Below the pieces are notes generated by a model. It saw nothing but the letters and a program-made list of their open reading frames with translations. It was not told where the DNA came from and made no database searches. This document shows positions 1 through 10,782 of a DNA stretch of 64,000 nt, in pieces (position 1 is the stretch's first letter; each line of letters opens with the position of its first letter). The stretch is from assembly GCA_963833225.1 (NCBI GenBank), contig CAWHXD010000007.1:224001-288000 (forward strand), read 5' to 3'. The stretch comes from an uncultured Chloroflexia bacterium (GTDB taxonomy: Bacteria; Chloroflexota; Limnocylindria; Limnocylindrales; CSP1-4). The translations under genes and the position numbers were made by a program.

Positions 1-218
1 GACGGCAGCTCGAAGCCGCCGATCATCCGCAGGGTGGTCGTCTTCCCGCAGCCGGACGGACCCAGGAGCGAGAAGAACTCGCCGGCGTGGATCTCGAGGT
101 CCACGCCATCGACGGCCTTCACCTCGCCGAACAGCTTGCGCAGCCCGACCAGGCGGACGTCCGCTGCCGACGCGCTCCGCTCCGCGAGCGCCGGGTCGAG
201 CTTCTCAGCCTCCGCCAC
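1..218 (-). CDS. ABC transporter ATP-binding protein, PotA-like (5' part only; runs off the window)
   Basis: Manual minus-strand translation from GTG at 218, with SD GAAGGAGG upstream: ...[53 protein letters not shown] (Walker A GPSGCGKT). Confidence 0.85.
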   Translation of the reverse strand, partial: MAEAEKLDPALAERSASAADVRLVGLRKLFGEVKAVDGVDLEIHAGEFFSLLGPSGCGKTTTLRMIGGFELP

Positions 219-423
219 AGACCCTCCTTCGCGCTCACGAGGCACCCGCCCCAGCGGTTCGAGGCGCGCCGAGGTGGGGATCATGCACTGTCGTGCGGTT
301 GACCGTCGCGCGAAATCTGTCCGCTCGTCGTCCTCCGGGGCAAGGGCCCGTCCCGCATCGTGGGTCCCGAAGGTGGCGACGGGGATCGGGTGCGCTCGTG
401 CCGCGCGGGGTACGCTCGCGGTG

Positions 424-1077
424 ATGAGCAACGAGCCGGCGACAATTCCCGCGGCGACCCAGGAGGCCATCGAGGAGCCCGCGGAGCGCGGCTGGGCCGA
501 TTACTACCGGTACACGCTGGGCCGCGAGCCGCGTCCCCTGTTCACCAGAGGGATGACGGCGCTCACGGCCGCCGGGCTGACGCACGGAACCGCGGTGGAC
601 GTGGGGGCGGGCGACGGGACGGAGACCCTGGCGTTGCTCGAGGCGGGCTGGCGGGTCGTGTCCGTCGACAGCGCGCCGGAGTCCGCGGAGGTCCTGCTCC
701 CGCGGGTCCCCGACCTGCACCGGGAGCGGCTGGTCACGGTCACCGCACCGGTCGAGACGGCGGACCTGCCCCCATTCGACCTGTTGTACTCGGCCTACGT
801 GCTGTCCTACCTCGCGCCCGATGCCTTTGGCCGCCTGTGGGCCGCGGCGCGCGACCGGTGTCGGCCCGGGGGCTTCCTCGTGGTCAACATCTTTGGTGAC
901 CGGCACGAGGCGGCGGGCGCGGAGCCGGATACGACGTTCCTGCCGCGCGCCGAGGTGGAGCGGCTGCTCGAGGGCCTCGAGATCGTCGCGTTCGAGGAGG
1001 TGGAGGAGGACGGCGGCTCGTTCACGGGTCCGACACACTGGCACCTGTTCGACATCGTGGCGAGGCGCCCGGCATGA
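424..1077 (+). CDS. Class I SAM-dependent methyltransferase
   Basis: Motif I VDVGAGDG, plus FDLLYS and RPGGFLV. TACGCT -10-like box 7 nt before ATG 424. Stop overlaps the selA start (ATGA). Confidence 0.85.
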   Translation: MSNEPATIPAATQEAIEEPAERGWADYYRYTLGREPRPLFTRGMTALTAAGLTHGTAVDVGAGDGTETLALLEAGWRVVSVDSAPESAEVLLPRVPDLHRERLVTVTAPVETADLPPFDLLYSAYVLSYLAPDAFGRLWAAARDRCRPGGFLVVNIFGDRHEAAGAEPDTTFLPRAEVERLLEGLEIVAFEEVEEDGGSFTGPTHWHLFDIVARRPA

Positions 1078-2447
1078 GCGGCAGGCCCGCCCGGGAGCGG
1101 CCGCCCAGCGTGGAGGCCGTGCTGCGGGTCCTCCGCGAGGAGGTCGAGTGGTCGGAGCCGGAGCCGCTGGCCGACGCCGTCCGCGCCGTCCTGGCGGCCC
1201 ACCGCGCCTCGATCGCGGCCGGTGGTGAGGCCCGGAGCCCCACGGACCTCGCGAGGGAGGCGGCGGCGGGCCTGGTGTGGGCGGCGGCGCCCCAACGCGT
1301 GATCAACGCGACCGGGGTGATCCTCCACACGAACCTGGGGCGTGCGCCCTGGCCCGAGGCCGCCCGCGCCGCCGCCGCGCTTGCCGCCGCGGACTACGGC
1401 TATCTGGAGCTGGATCCAGCGACCGGCCGCCGGGGCCGGCGGTTCCGCGCGGCCGAGGACCACCTGGTGGCGCTGACCGGCGCCGAGGACGCGATGGTGG
1501 TCACCAACAACGCTGCGGCGCTGCTGCTGGCGGTGGGTCTTGCCGGGCGGCGGGGGTCTGTCGTCGTGTCCCGCGGCGAGCTGGTGGAGATCGGCGGCGG
1601 CGTCCGGATCCCGGAGGTCGTCGCCCGGGCCGGCGCCCGACTCATCGAGGTGGGGACGACCAACCGGACCCGCCCGACCGACTTCGAGGCGCCCCTCGCG
1701 GAGGGGCGCGCCCGGGCGGTGCTCCGCGTCCACCCCTCGAACTTCACGATGGAGGGGTTCGCGGAAGCGGCGGACCTCGCCGAGGTCGCCGCGATCGCCC
1801 ACCGTCACGGCGCCCTGGTGATCGACGACCTCGGGTCGGGGGCGCTGCTGGACACGGCCCGGTTCGGCCTCGCGCACGAGCCCACGCCGGCGGAGCGCCT
1901 CGAGGCGGGCGCCGACGTGGTGCTGTTCAGCGGCGACAAGCTCGTCGGCGGTCCGCAGGCCGGGCTCGTGGTGGGGCGCCGGGAGCTCGTGGCGCGGATG
2001 CGGCGGGACCCGCTGGCGCGTGCCGTCCGGCCCGACAAGGCGATCCTGGCCGCCGTCGCCGCGACCCTGGGGATCTACCGGGCCGGCCGCGCACGGCTCG
2101 ACATCCCGGTCTGGCGAACGATCGCCCGGGACGCGGCGGAGCTGCGGACCCGAGCCGGGTGGATCGCCGGCCGGTGCGCCGTTGGGGATGATCCGGCGCC
2201 GGTCCGGGTCGTCGACCTGCGGTCGCCCATCGGCGGGGGCTCGCTGCCCGGCCAGACGCTGCCATCGGCGGGGGTCGCCGTCGCCTGCGGCTCGCCGGCC
2301 CGGGCGGCAGCCGCGCTCCGGCGAGGGGAGCCGCGGATCCTGGCACGCGTCGAGAGCGGCGAGCTGGTGCTTGATCTGCGCACCGTGGACCAGGCCGATG
2401 ACAGCGGCGTCGCACGGGCGATCCAGGGAATCCTCTGCGATCGATGA
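1074..2447 (+). CDS. selA: L-seryl-tRNA(Sec) selenium transferase
   Basis: [40 protein letters not shown], and the PLP-lysine motif [13 protein letters not shown]. Confidence 0.96.
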   Translation: MSGRPARERPPSVEAVLRVLREEVEWSEPEPLADAVRAVLAAHRASIAAGGEARSPTDLAREAAAGLVWAAAPQRVINATGVILHTNLGRAPWPEAARAAAALAAADYGYLELDPATGRRGRRFRAAEDHLVALTGAEDAMVVTNNAAALLLAVGLAGRRGSVVVSRGELVEIGGGVRIPEVVARAGARLIEVGTTNRTRPTDFEAPLAEGRARAVLRVHPSNFTMEGFAEAADLAEVAAIAHRHGALVIDDLGSGALLDTARFGLAHEPTPAERLEAGADVVLFSGDKLVGGPQAGLVVGRRELVARMRRDPLARAVRPDKAILAAVAATLGIYRAGRARLDIPVWRTIARDAAELRTRAGWIAGRCAVGDDPAPVRVVDLRSPIGGGSLPGQTLPSAGVAVACGSPARAAAALRRGEPRILARVESGELVLDLRTVDQADDSGVARAIQGILCDR

Positions 2448-4387
2448 GCGTCGTCATCGGCACGGCCGGCCACATCGACCACGGCAAGACGACGCTCCTC
2501 CGCGCGCTGACCGGGATCGACGCCGACCGGCTGCCCGAGGAGCGCCGGCGCGGCATGACGATCGACGTCGGGTATGCGCACCTCGTCCTCGAGGACGGCT
2601 CGGTGCTGGATTTCGTGGACGTGCCCGGTCATGACCGGCTGGTGGGCAACATGCTCGTCGGGGCGGGCGAGATCGACGCTGCGCTGCTGGTGGTCGCGGC
2701 CGATGACGGGCCAAACGCCCAGACCCTGGAGCACCTCGAGCTGCTCGACGCGATCGGCGTTCGCGAGGCCGTGATCGCGGTGACGAAGACGGACCTGGTC
2801 GACGCCGACCGGGTTGCCGACGTGACCGGGGCCATCGCGTCGCTGGTCGGGCGCACGCGACTCGCGGGCGCGCCCGTGGTCGGCGTGAGCGGCGTCACCG
2901 GCGATGGTGTCGACGAGCTCCGCACGGCCCTTGCGGCGCTGCGCGACCGGGCGGCGGTTGGGCGCCCGCGGGCCGGTTCCGCCCGGCTGGCGATCGATCG
3001 CACGTTTGCCATCCGGGGTCGCGGGCTCGTGGTCACCGGGAGCCTGCGCGGCGGCCCCGTTTCCACCGGGTCGACGCTGCGCCTGGTTCCCGGTGGCATC
3101 GACCTGCGTGTGCGCGAGGTCCAGGTCCGGGGAGCCACGGTGCCGGCGTCCGACGGCGGGCGCACGGCGCTCCTCGTCGCCGGCGCGGAGGCCGAGCTGC
3201 TCGAGCGGGGGCGCATCCTCACGACCGATCCAGCCGTCGTCGCCACGTCGCGAGTCCTCGTCGCGCTACGGCCGCCGGCCGGGCTGGCGGCCATCCGGCG
3301 CGCCGCCGGCACCGCTGCCCGTGGGGGGTCCGCGGAGGCGCCCGCGGACCGTGACCGGCTGCGCCTCCACGTGGGCACGGCGCAGGCCGGCGCCCTCGTC
3401 GTGCGCGGGCCACGCGAGGCGATCGACCTGCCCGATGGGACGACCCTCGCCATCCTCCGGCTGGACACGGAGATCGCCGCCGCCGCCGGGGACTCGTTCG
3501 CGCTGCGCCGGCCGTCGCCGGGCGCGTCCGCGGGTGGTGGCGTGCTCCTTGACCCGTTGCCGCCCCGTGGCGTGTCGCGCCGACGGTTGACGCCGGCGCG
3601 GGCGGCCGCGCTTGCGTCCGCGGTGGCGGCGATGACGCGCGGCGATCCGGACGGAGCACCGGCCGTCGCGGATGCGCGCCTCGACCTCCACGGGGTGGTC
3701 CGCGAGCGTGACGGCTGGCTCGTGGCCCCGGACGTGCATGCCGCGCTGGCGGCCACCGCGCTGGACCTGGTCCGGGCCCACCACGCCGCGGAGCCGGAGT
3801 CTCCGGGCCTGGCGTTGCCGGTCATGCGCTCCGAGCTGGCGCTCGCCGCCCGCCGCCGCGCGACCCTGGGTCGCGCGGCGGCCGAGGACGTCGCCCGTGC
3901 TGAGGTCGACCGGCTGGTTGCCGATGGGACCCTGGCCCGGGACGGCGAGCGGCTGCGGGACCCGGAACGGGCCGCGGGGCTGCCGGCCGCGACGCTGGCG
4001 GCGATGGACCGACTGGAGACCGCGCTCTCGGTTGCCGCACCCCCGGCGCTCTCGGTGGCCGCACGCGACGCGGGCTGCCCGGCTGACGGCGTCCGGGCGC
4101 TCGAGACCGCGGGCCGGATCGTTCGCCTCGAGGACGATCTTGCCTGGGGGGCGGGGACCTACCGGGAGCTGGTGCGCAAGGCGCTGGCGATGGCCGCCGC
4201 GGCGCCGCTCGCCCCCGCCGCCTTCCGCGACGCCACGGGCACCAGCCGGCGCTACGTGCTGGTGGTCCTCGAGGACCTCGACCGGCGGGGTCTCCTTCGC
4301 CGCACCGATCTGGGCCATGTCCTGGGCCCCACGACGATCGCCCGGATGCAGGCCCGGGCGGCCGCCGCGCGGGAGCCCCGCGGGTGA
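2444..4387 (+). CDS. selB: Selenocysteine-specific translation elongation factor
   Basis: [35 protein letters not shown]-terminal winged helix [20 protein letters not shown]. Directly follows selA. Confidence 0.95.
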   Translation: MSVVIGTAGHIDHGKTTLLRALTGIDADRLPEERRRGMTIDVGYAHLVLEDGSVLDFVDVPGHDRLVGNMLVGAGEIDAALLVVAADDGPNAQTLEHLELLDAIGVREAVIAVTKTDLVDADRVADVTGAIASLVGRTRLAGAPVVGVSGVTGDGVDELRTALAALRDRAAVGRPRAGSARLAIDRTFAIRGRGLVVTGSLRGGPVSTGSTLRLVPGGIDLRVREVQVRGATVPASDGGRTALLVAGAEAELLERGRILTTDPAVVATSRVLVALRPPAGLAAIRRAAGTAARGGSAEAPADRDRLRLHVGTAQAGALVVRGPREAIDLPDGTTLAILRLDTEIAAAAGDSFALRRPSPGASAGGGVLLDPLPPRGVSRRRLTPARAAALASAVAAMTRGDPDGAPAVADARLDLHGVVRERDGWLVAPDVHAALAATALDLVRAHHAAEPESPGLALPVMRSELALAARRRATLGRAAAEDVARAEVDRLVADGTLARDGERLRDPERAAGLPAATLAAMDRLETALSVAAPPALSVAARDAGCPADGVRALETAGRIVRLEDDLAWGAGTYRELVRKALAMAAAAPLAPAAFRDATGTSRRYVLVVLEDLDRRGLLRRTDLGHVLGPTTIARMQARAAAAREPRG

Positions 4388-5048
4388 CGATCGCTGCCAT
4401 CGTGCTTGCCGGCGGGGCCTCGTCCCGCTTTGGCGGTGACAAGCTGGCCGCGGCGTACCTGGGGCGGCCGGTCCTCCATCACGCCCTGGCGGCGGTCGCG
4501 GCGGTTGCGGATCCGGTGGTCCTGGTGCTCGCCCCGGACGCCGCTGTCCCGGCGCTTCCGGCCGGGCTCGGGGCAGCGCTGCTCGTTGCGCGGGACGCCG
4601 TGGCGTTCCAGGGGCCGCTGGCCGGGCTGGCCGGGGGCATCGACGCGCTCCCGGCCGGCATCGACCGGGCAATCGTGGTTGCGGGCGACATGCCGACGCT
4701 CGTGCCCGGCGGTGCTCCATGCGCTGCTCGACGCCGTGGTCTCCGATGCCGGCGACCGGGGTCGCCTGCCTGGAGGCGGACCCGGAGTCCCCGCTGCCCA
4801 TGGCCGTACGGCCGTCGCTCGCGGGCCCAGCAGCCGCCCTCCTCCTGGCGGCCGAGCGCCGCAGCCTGCGGGCGCTCGTCGCGGCCGTCCCCTCGGTCGC
4901 GGTCCCGTCGGCCACCTGGCGGCGGCTGGATCCCGACGGGGTAACGCTCCGCGATGTCGACACGCCGGGGGATCTCGGGGGGTTGAGGCATGCTCTGGGC
5001 CTGGCGGCCGAGCGGGCTCGACCAGGGATGACTCACTCCTCGATTTGA
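4384..5048 (+). CDS. mobA: Molybdenum cofactor guanylyltransferase-like NTP transferase (frameshift near 4710)
   Basis: VLAGGASSRFGGDK, QGPLAGL and VVAGDMP in one frame; PLPMAVR...RDVDTPGDL continues in the frame ending at 5048. Confidence 0.75.
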
Positions 5049-5083
5049 GGCGAGCTCGCACGCGGGCCTTCTCTCGCCCCGCG

Positions 5084-6733
5084 TCAGCCGCCCAGCCCGG
5101 GCGCCTCGTGCACGGCCACGCCCTCGATGAACGTCGCGACGGCGTGGGTCTCGCCGATGGGTCCCGCGCCGGGTCGTCGAACAGGTCGCGATCGAGCATC
5201 GCGAGGTCGGCCAAGCGCCCGGCGCCAGCACGCCCGCCTCGTCGAGGTGGTTGGCGTAGGCGGAGCCGGCGGTCGCGGCGGTCAGGATGTCCACCAGCTC
5301 GAGGCGCTCCTCGGGCAGGAACGGCTCGGTGCCGCGCGCCTCGTCCGGGACCCGGTTGACCGCGACCTCCATCTGGACGAACGGGTCCGGCGTGGACACG
5401 CTCCAGTCCGAGCCCATGACGAGGGTGGCCCCGTGGCGACGAAGCGAGCGGAACGGGTACTGGCGCGCGGACACGACGGGCCCAGGATCGGCAGCGTCAG
5501 CTCCGTCCATCTGCGCTTCAGCACGGCCCAGTACGGCTGCGCGTTCGCCAGCGCCCCCAGCCTGCGGAACCGGGCCAGGTCGTCGGGATGGACGACCTGG
5601 AGGTGGGCCAGGTGGGGCCGGGTGTCGGACCAGCCGTTGGCTCGCCGGGCCGCCTCGACCGCATCGAGCGCCTGGCGCACGGCCCGGTCGCCCAGCGCAT
5701 GGAAATGCGGCTGGAACCCGAGGGCGTCGAGTCGCACGACGGCCTGCTTGAGCACCTCCGGGTCGATGAAGTCCTTGCCCCGGTTATCCGTCACGTGGCC
5801 GGCGACATCGAGGTACGGCTCGGTCATCGACGCCGTCTGGTTCTCCACGATCCCATCGACCATCAGCTTCACGCTGGTCGGTGAGAACCGGCCGACGGGT
5901 CCCCTGGCACGTCGCTCGACGAGTGACTCGATCTGCCCCAGGCCCTCGTCGCGCTCCCACCACAGGCCCCCAACGACCCGCGCGGTCAGCTCGCCGGATG
6001 CGCGCCAGCGACCGGTACGCGGCCTCCTCGACGGGGGTCACCCAGGCGTCCTGCCAGTTGGTGATGCCCAGCGAGTGGAGATACCGCTGGCTCTCGAGCG
6101 TGGCCCGGCGGAGGTCGTCGGCCGTGGGCGGTGGGATGAGGCGCTCCACGAGCGCCATCGCCCCCTCGTGGAGGGTGCCGGACGGGGTGCCGTCCGGATC
6201 GCGGGCGATCCGGCCATCGTCGGGGTCGGCCGTGCGCGGCCGAGATGCCGGCCCGGTCGAGCGCGGCCGGGTTGACCCACGCGTCGTGGCCGTCGCGGTT
6301 GGGCAGGAAGATCGGGCGGTCCGGGCAGACCCGGTCGAGGTCCTCCCGCCGCGGCAGGCCGCCCGGGAAGTCCGCCAGCGACCAGCCGCCACCCGTGATC
6401 CATTCGACATCCGGGTTGGCGCTGCGTGTAGGCCGCGACGGCGGCCAGGTAGTCGTCAAGTCCGTGGAGCCCGTGGAGCTCGCAGCGGATGCGCGCGAGG
6501 CCCGCCATCGGTGGGTGGACGTGGCTGTCGCCGAAGCCTGGCGTCACGGTGCGGCCGCGGAGCTCGATGACCCGGGTGCCCGGGCCCACCAGGGGCCGCA
6601 CGTCGCGGTCGCCACCCACGGCGGCGATGCGGCCCCCGCGGACGGCCATGGCCTCCGCCCAGGTCTTCGCGGCATCGGCGGTGAAGATCCGTCCCCCGGT
6701 CAGGACGAGGTCGGCGGCAGTCTCGCTCGGCAT
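5084..6733 (-). CDS. Amidohydrolase, YtcJ-like (several frameshifts)
   Basis: Consecutive frames give TVTPGFGDSHVH, NRDGHDAWVN, GTLHEGA, VKLMVDG, HFHALGDRAV, HLAHLQVVHP, MGSDWSVS and a C-terminus ATFIEGVAVHEAPGLGG*. Confidence 0.85.
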
Positions 6734-6824
6734 GGCCCGCAGGATGACAGGGAGTCCTGCCGACGACGCGCCCGTTTCGAGGCATGCGCCCGATGCCCGC
6801 GCGCGGCGGGCTGGCGGCGCGCGA

Positions 6825-8432
6825 TCAGCTAACGGCGGACACCTCGCCGGCCTCGCGCCCACCGCCGGCAGCCGCCGCATCGTCCGCGTCCTCGCCGGGT
6901 CGCGGCCGCAGCCCGACCCAGTTCGCGAGCGCCCCGCCGAGCAGCAGCGCGGCGCACACCGTGGCGGCGACGTGCAGGGCATCGACCGAGGCCACCCGGG
7001 CGGCGTCGACGAGCATTCCGGTGGCGCCGGCACCGGGCTTGTTGAGGGGCTGGACCAGGGCCCGCGCCGCCGGGTCCGACGGGTCGAACCCCGGGACCGC
7101 GCCGGCCAGCGCCGCGTAGAAGGACCCCGACACCACCACGAAGATGACGGCCGAGAGCAGCGGTTGTCCGATCCGGCTGATCGAGTTGTTGATCGCGGAG
7201 GCGAGGCCGGCGTTCGCCACCGGCACGGAGCCCATCAACGTCGTCGTCAGCGGCGCGACGACGAGCGAGATCCCGAGCCCGAACAGCAGCATGGCCGGCA
7301 GGATGTCGACCAGGACCGAGATCGGCGGCAGCACCGTCGCAGCGTCCCCCAGGGAGAGCCGCCACGCATCCGTCGTGGCCGGGACGCGGGCGAGCCACAG
7401 CAGTCCGGACGCCATCAGGACGGGCCCGATCACCAGGAACGGCCGCACCCCGATCCGTCCGGCAGCCGATCCGACCCGGGCGGAGAGGACCGTGAGCAGG
7501 ATCCCCGTGGGCAGCCCGACGATGCCGGCGGCCGTCGCCGAGTAGCCGATCGTGTTCTGGAGGAACAGCCCCTGGAACGTGAAGATCGTGTACAGCGCGC
7601 CGTAGATCAGCAGCGTTGACAGGTTGATGGTCGCGAAGCGCCGACGCCTGAAGAGCCCCAGGGGGACGAGCGGGTGGCGGCGCCGCACCATGAGCGCCGG
7701 GAACGCGACCAGGGCCACGAGCCCGACCGCCAGCGAACCCCACGCGAGCGGGTCCTGCCATTGCCGGTCCTGTCCCCGGATCGCGCCGAACGCCAGGCCA
7801 CCGACGGCGACGACCGCCACGGCCGCCCCCAGCCAGTCGAAGGTGCCCGGCGCATCGTCGGCCTTCGTCTCCGCCATGTGCCGCCGGGTGGCCCACAGGG
7901 CGATCGCCACCAGGGGGACGTTCACGAGGAATGCCGCCCGCCAGCTCACGCCATCGACGAGGAGCCCGCCGACCACCGGTCCCACGAGGGTCGTCGCCGA
8001 CGTCGCGGCGGCCCAGATCCCGAACGCGCGGGCCCGAGCCTGCCCATCGAACAGCGCCGTGAGGATCGCGAGCGAACCGGGGACGAGCAGCGCGCCCGCC
8101 GCGCCCTGGATCAGCCGGAAGACCACGAGCATCTCCAGCGTGGGCGCAAGGCCGCACAGGACCGACGCGGCGCCGAACCCGACGAGCCCGATGCCGAACA
8201 CGCGGCGACGGCCGTGATAGTCGGCCAGGGCCCCCCCGAGGATCAGCAGCGCGGCCAGGATGGCGAGATAGGCCGAGACCACGTAGGTCTGGCCCTCGAG
8301 CACCGAGACGAGGCTCGCCGGCAGCTCCTCACCGATCCTGGGCAGGGCCAGGTTCACCACGGTGCCGTCGAGGAACACCATCGACGAGCCGAGGATGGCC
8401 GCGAGCATGGTCCAGCGTTGGGACGAGGTCAC
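6825..8432 (-). CDS. MFS transporter, DHA2 (14-TM) family
   Basis: MVFLDGTVVNLALPRI, GGALADYHGRRRVF, RLIQGAAGALLVPGS; many hydrophobic segments. Confidence 0.92.
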   Translation of the reverse strand: MTSSQRWTMLAAILGSSMVFLDGTVVNLALPRIGEELPASLVSVLEGQTYVVSAYLAILAALLILGGALADYHGRRRVFGIGLVGFGAASVLCGLAPTLEMLVVFRLIQGAAGALLVPGSLAILTALFDGQARARAFGIWAAATSATTLVGPVVGGLLVDGVSWRAAFLVNVPLVAIALWATRRHMAETKADDAPGTFDWLGAAVAVVAVGGLAFGAIRGQDRQWQDPLAWGSLAVGLVALVAFPALMVRRRHPLVPLGLFRRRRFATINLSTLLIYGALYTIFTFQGLFLQNTIGYSATAAGIVGLPTGILLTVLSARVGSAAGRIGVRPFLVIGPVLMASGLLWLARVPATTDAWRLSLGDAATVLPPISVLVDILPAMLLFGLGISLVVAPLTTTLMGSVPVANAGLASAINNSISRIGQPLLSAVIFVVVSGSFYAALAGAVPGFDPSDPAARALVQPLNKPGAGATGMLVDAARVASVDALHVAATVCAALLLGGALANWVGLRPRPGEDADDAAAAGGGREAGEVSAVS

Positions 8433-8511
8433 CGGGTCACCATCTTGCGCGGAGTGTCGCAGCAGGGTCCTTCACCCGTCCACCCGCGGGTCGTGCACTA
8501 TGCTGCGGCCG

Positions 8512-9234
8512 ATGAACGGACCCGTGGCGCTCGTCGGCGCCGGTGAATTCCTGGCCCCGATGGCAGAGTTCGATCGGGGTCTGCTCGACGCGACCGGCCG
8601 CGCCCGGCCTCGTGTCGTGATCCTGCCCACGGCCGCCGCCCCGGACGGTGAGCGCACCTTCCGGACCTGGGCGGACATGGGGGTGGAGCACTTCGCGGCG
8701 CTGGGTGCCGAGGTGGAGCCGGTCCTGGTCCGCTCCGTCGCCGACGGATACGACGCGGCCTCCCTCCAGGCGATCGGGGAGGCGGATCTCATCTATCTCT
8801 CCGGCGGGCATCCCGGACACCTGCTCAGGGTCCTGTTCGAGTCGCCCGTGGGCGGGGCGCTGGCCGAGGCGCACGCCCGCGGTGCCGTGCTCGCCGGGTG
8901 CTCGGCGGGGGCCATGGCGCTCGTGGGCAGGATGATCGGGTTCCGAACGCTGCCCAGGGTGCGGATCCCGCTGCCGCTGCTGATCCGCTGGCGTCCGGGG
9001 CTGGGGCTCGTCGCCGGGGTGGCCGTGCTCCCGCACTACGACGCCTGGCCGGAGCCCCTGTCCGCGATGGTCGCCCTCCAGGCCCCGAAACGGACGGTCG
9101 TCCTCGGGATCGACGAGGAGACCGCCATCGTGGGCCGGAACGGCGCCTGGCAGGTTCACGGCTCCGGGCGGGTGACGGTCTGGCGCGGTCGCCACCGGGA
9201 GCGCTACCGCAGGGGCGAGGCCTTCCGGATCTGA
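8512..9234 (+). CDS. Peptidase S51 / cyanophycinase-like protein (class I glutamine amidotransferase-like fold)
   Basis: ILPTAA, ADLIYLSGG, GCSAGAMA nucleophile motif, VLPHYD, LGIDEETA. Confidence 0.85.
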   Translation: MNGPVALVGAGEFLAPMAEFDRGLLDATGRARPRVVILPTAAAPDGERTFRTWADMGVEHFAALGAEVEPVLVRSVADGYDAASLQAIGEADLIYLSGGHPGHLLRVLFESPVGGALAEAHARGAVLAGCSAGAMALVGRMIGFRTLPRVRIPLPLLIRWRPGLGLVAGVAVLPHYDAWPEPLSAMVALQAPKRTVVLGIDEETAIVGRNGAWQVHGSGRVTVWRGRHRERYRRGEAFRI

Positions 9235-10010
9235 GCCGGGGCGCCGGGCGTCTCCCAGACCGAGACGTGCTGCAGGCTCTCACCCGTGAACGGCTCGCCA
9301 CGCCAGCCTGCCCAGCGATCCCGGAGCCGCATCCCGGCCAGCTGCGCCATGAGGTCGAGCTCTGCCGGCCAGACGTAGCGGAACGGGATCGAGAACCGAT
9401 CGCCGCGCCCATCGGTCACGTCCACATGGTTGGACACCAGCCCCTGGCTCGCGAGGTCGTATTCGTCAAAGCCGAAGGTCGTGTCGCCGACATGGAACGG
9501 GTGGATCGTCTGGCCCGGCGGGAGCCAGCGGAGGCGCGGGATCATCACCTCGATCACGAACGTTCCGCCCGGTTCCAGGTGGCGGGCGACGTTGCGGAAG
9601 CACTCGACCTGGGCCCCTTGCGTGGTCAGGTTCATGATCGTGTTGAACACGAGATAGGCCACCCGGAACGTGCCATCCGCGGTCGCGGAGGCGAAATCGC
9701 CGATCGTGACGGCGATGGTCTCGCCACCGGGCTTGGCTCGCAGCCGCGCGGCCATCGCCCGCGACAGCTCGATCCCGGCCACCTCGATCCCGCGCGCGGC
9801 CAGGGGGATGGCGATCCGCCCGGTCCCGATCCCCAGCTCCAGCGCGCGCCCGTCCCCTGCCAGCCCGGCCAGCAGGTCCACCGCCGGCCCCACCACGTCG
9901 GGCTCGAACATGTCGGCGGATTCGACGTCGTAGGTGGCGGCCACCGGCTCGGCGAAGTAGCCGTCGTCCGGCGCGCGGCGATCGCCGTCGTCCACCCCGC
10001 CCCCGGTCAC
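9204..10010 (-). CDS. Class I SAM-dependent methyltransferase
   Basis: ALELGIGTGRIA, VAYLVFNTIMNL, HLEPGGTFVIE, RYVWPAELDLMA. The probable GTG start overlaps the stop of the upstream zinc-ribbon gene. Confidence 0.88.
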   Translation of the reverse strand: MTGGGVDDGDRRAPDDGYFAEPVAATYDVESADMFEPDVVGPAVDLLAGLAGDGRALELGIGTGRIAIPLAARGIEVAGIELSRAMAARLRAKPGGETIAVTIGDFASATADGTFRVAYLVFNTIMNLTTQGAQVECFRNVARHLEPGGTFVIEVMIPRLRWLPPGQTIHPFHVGDTTFGFDEYDLASQGLVSNHVDVTDGRGDRFSIPFRYVWPAELDLMAQLAGMRLRDRWAGWRGEPFTGESLQHVSVWETPGAPAQIRKASPLR

Positions 10011-10342
10011 CCAGGCTTGACCTGGCGGAAGCAGTCCGAGCAATACACCGGCTTGTCCATGCGCGGCCGGAACGGGACCTGCGCCTGGTTGCCGCACGAC
10101 GAGCAGACCGCGACGAAGTACTCCCTCGGGGCGCGGTCGTCGGGGCGCTCGTAGCCGCGCGGTCCGCCCGCGGCATAGGCATCGCCGCTGTCCCGGGTTG
10201 CGCGCCGGTAGGCCCGGCAGGAGGTGCAGCGCTTGGGGTCGGACGTGAACCCCTTCTCCGCGTAGTACTCCTGGTCGGCCGCCGAATGGATGAACTCCAC
10301 CCCGCAATCGGCGCAGGTGATCGTCCGGTCGACGTAGGTCAT
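10007..10342 (-). CDS. Zinc-ribbon domain protein with CxxC-x17-CxxC domain
   Basis: MTYVDRTITCADCG...PKRCTSCR...AVCSSCG...VPFRP...PVYCSDCF; SD GGAGGAG upstream. Confidence 0.9.
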   Translation of the reverse strand: MTYVDRTITCADCGVEFIHSAADQEYYAEKGFTSDPKRCTSCRAYRRATRDSGDAYAAGGPRGYERPDDRAPREYFVAVCSSCGNQAQVPFRPRMDKPVYCSDCFRQVKPG

Positions 10343-10782
10343 GTGGTTGCTCCTCCCGGGCTCGCGATGTGGCAGTGCTGGTGCGGGCCCGGCCCGGGAG
10401 ATGCGCGTTGGCGGTCGCGGCGGGGAGTCAGCCGGGGCCTCCGGGCTTGTTGGCACGCGCTCGGAGTCCCGGGGTCGGGGCGCACTGGTGTCGTCTGGCC
10501 AGCATACCGCCGCTCGCGATTGCGGCTGAGGAAGGCTGTTCGTCCGCTCGCGGCGTGTCGCTGGCGGTGCCATCCAACCTGTCACAATGGGCGGCGAGAC
10601 TCGGCGTGGCGAGACGGGAGCGATGGGGGCGCCCGGATCGCAACCGGGTCCCAGGGGCAACCGGCCCCGCCTGAGCGACGTGCGGCCCTCTGCCAGGGTG
10701 CTGTCGTCGGGGGGCGAGGTGCGGCCGCTCGTGGGGCCCGGTCGGTGCGCCCGCCGGCGGACACATGGAGGCAGCCCACCGC

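Noticed and set aside
1074-5100. tRNA-Sec (selC), selD or a UGA-recoded selenoprotein near selAB
   Set aside because: I found no tRNA cloverleaf, selD motifs or convincing in-frame UGA with a SECIS hairpin.
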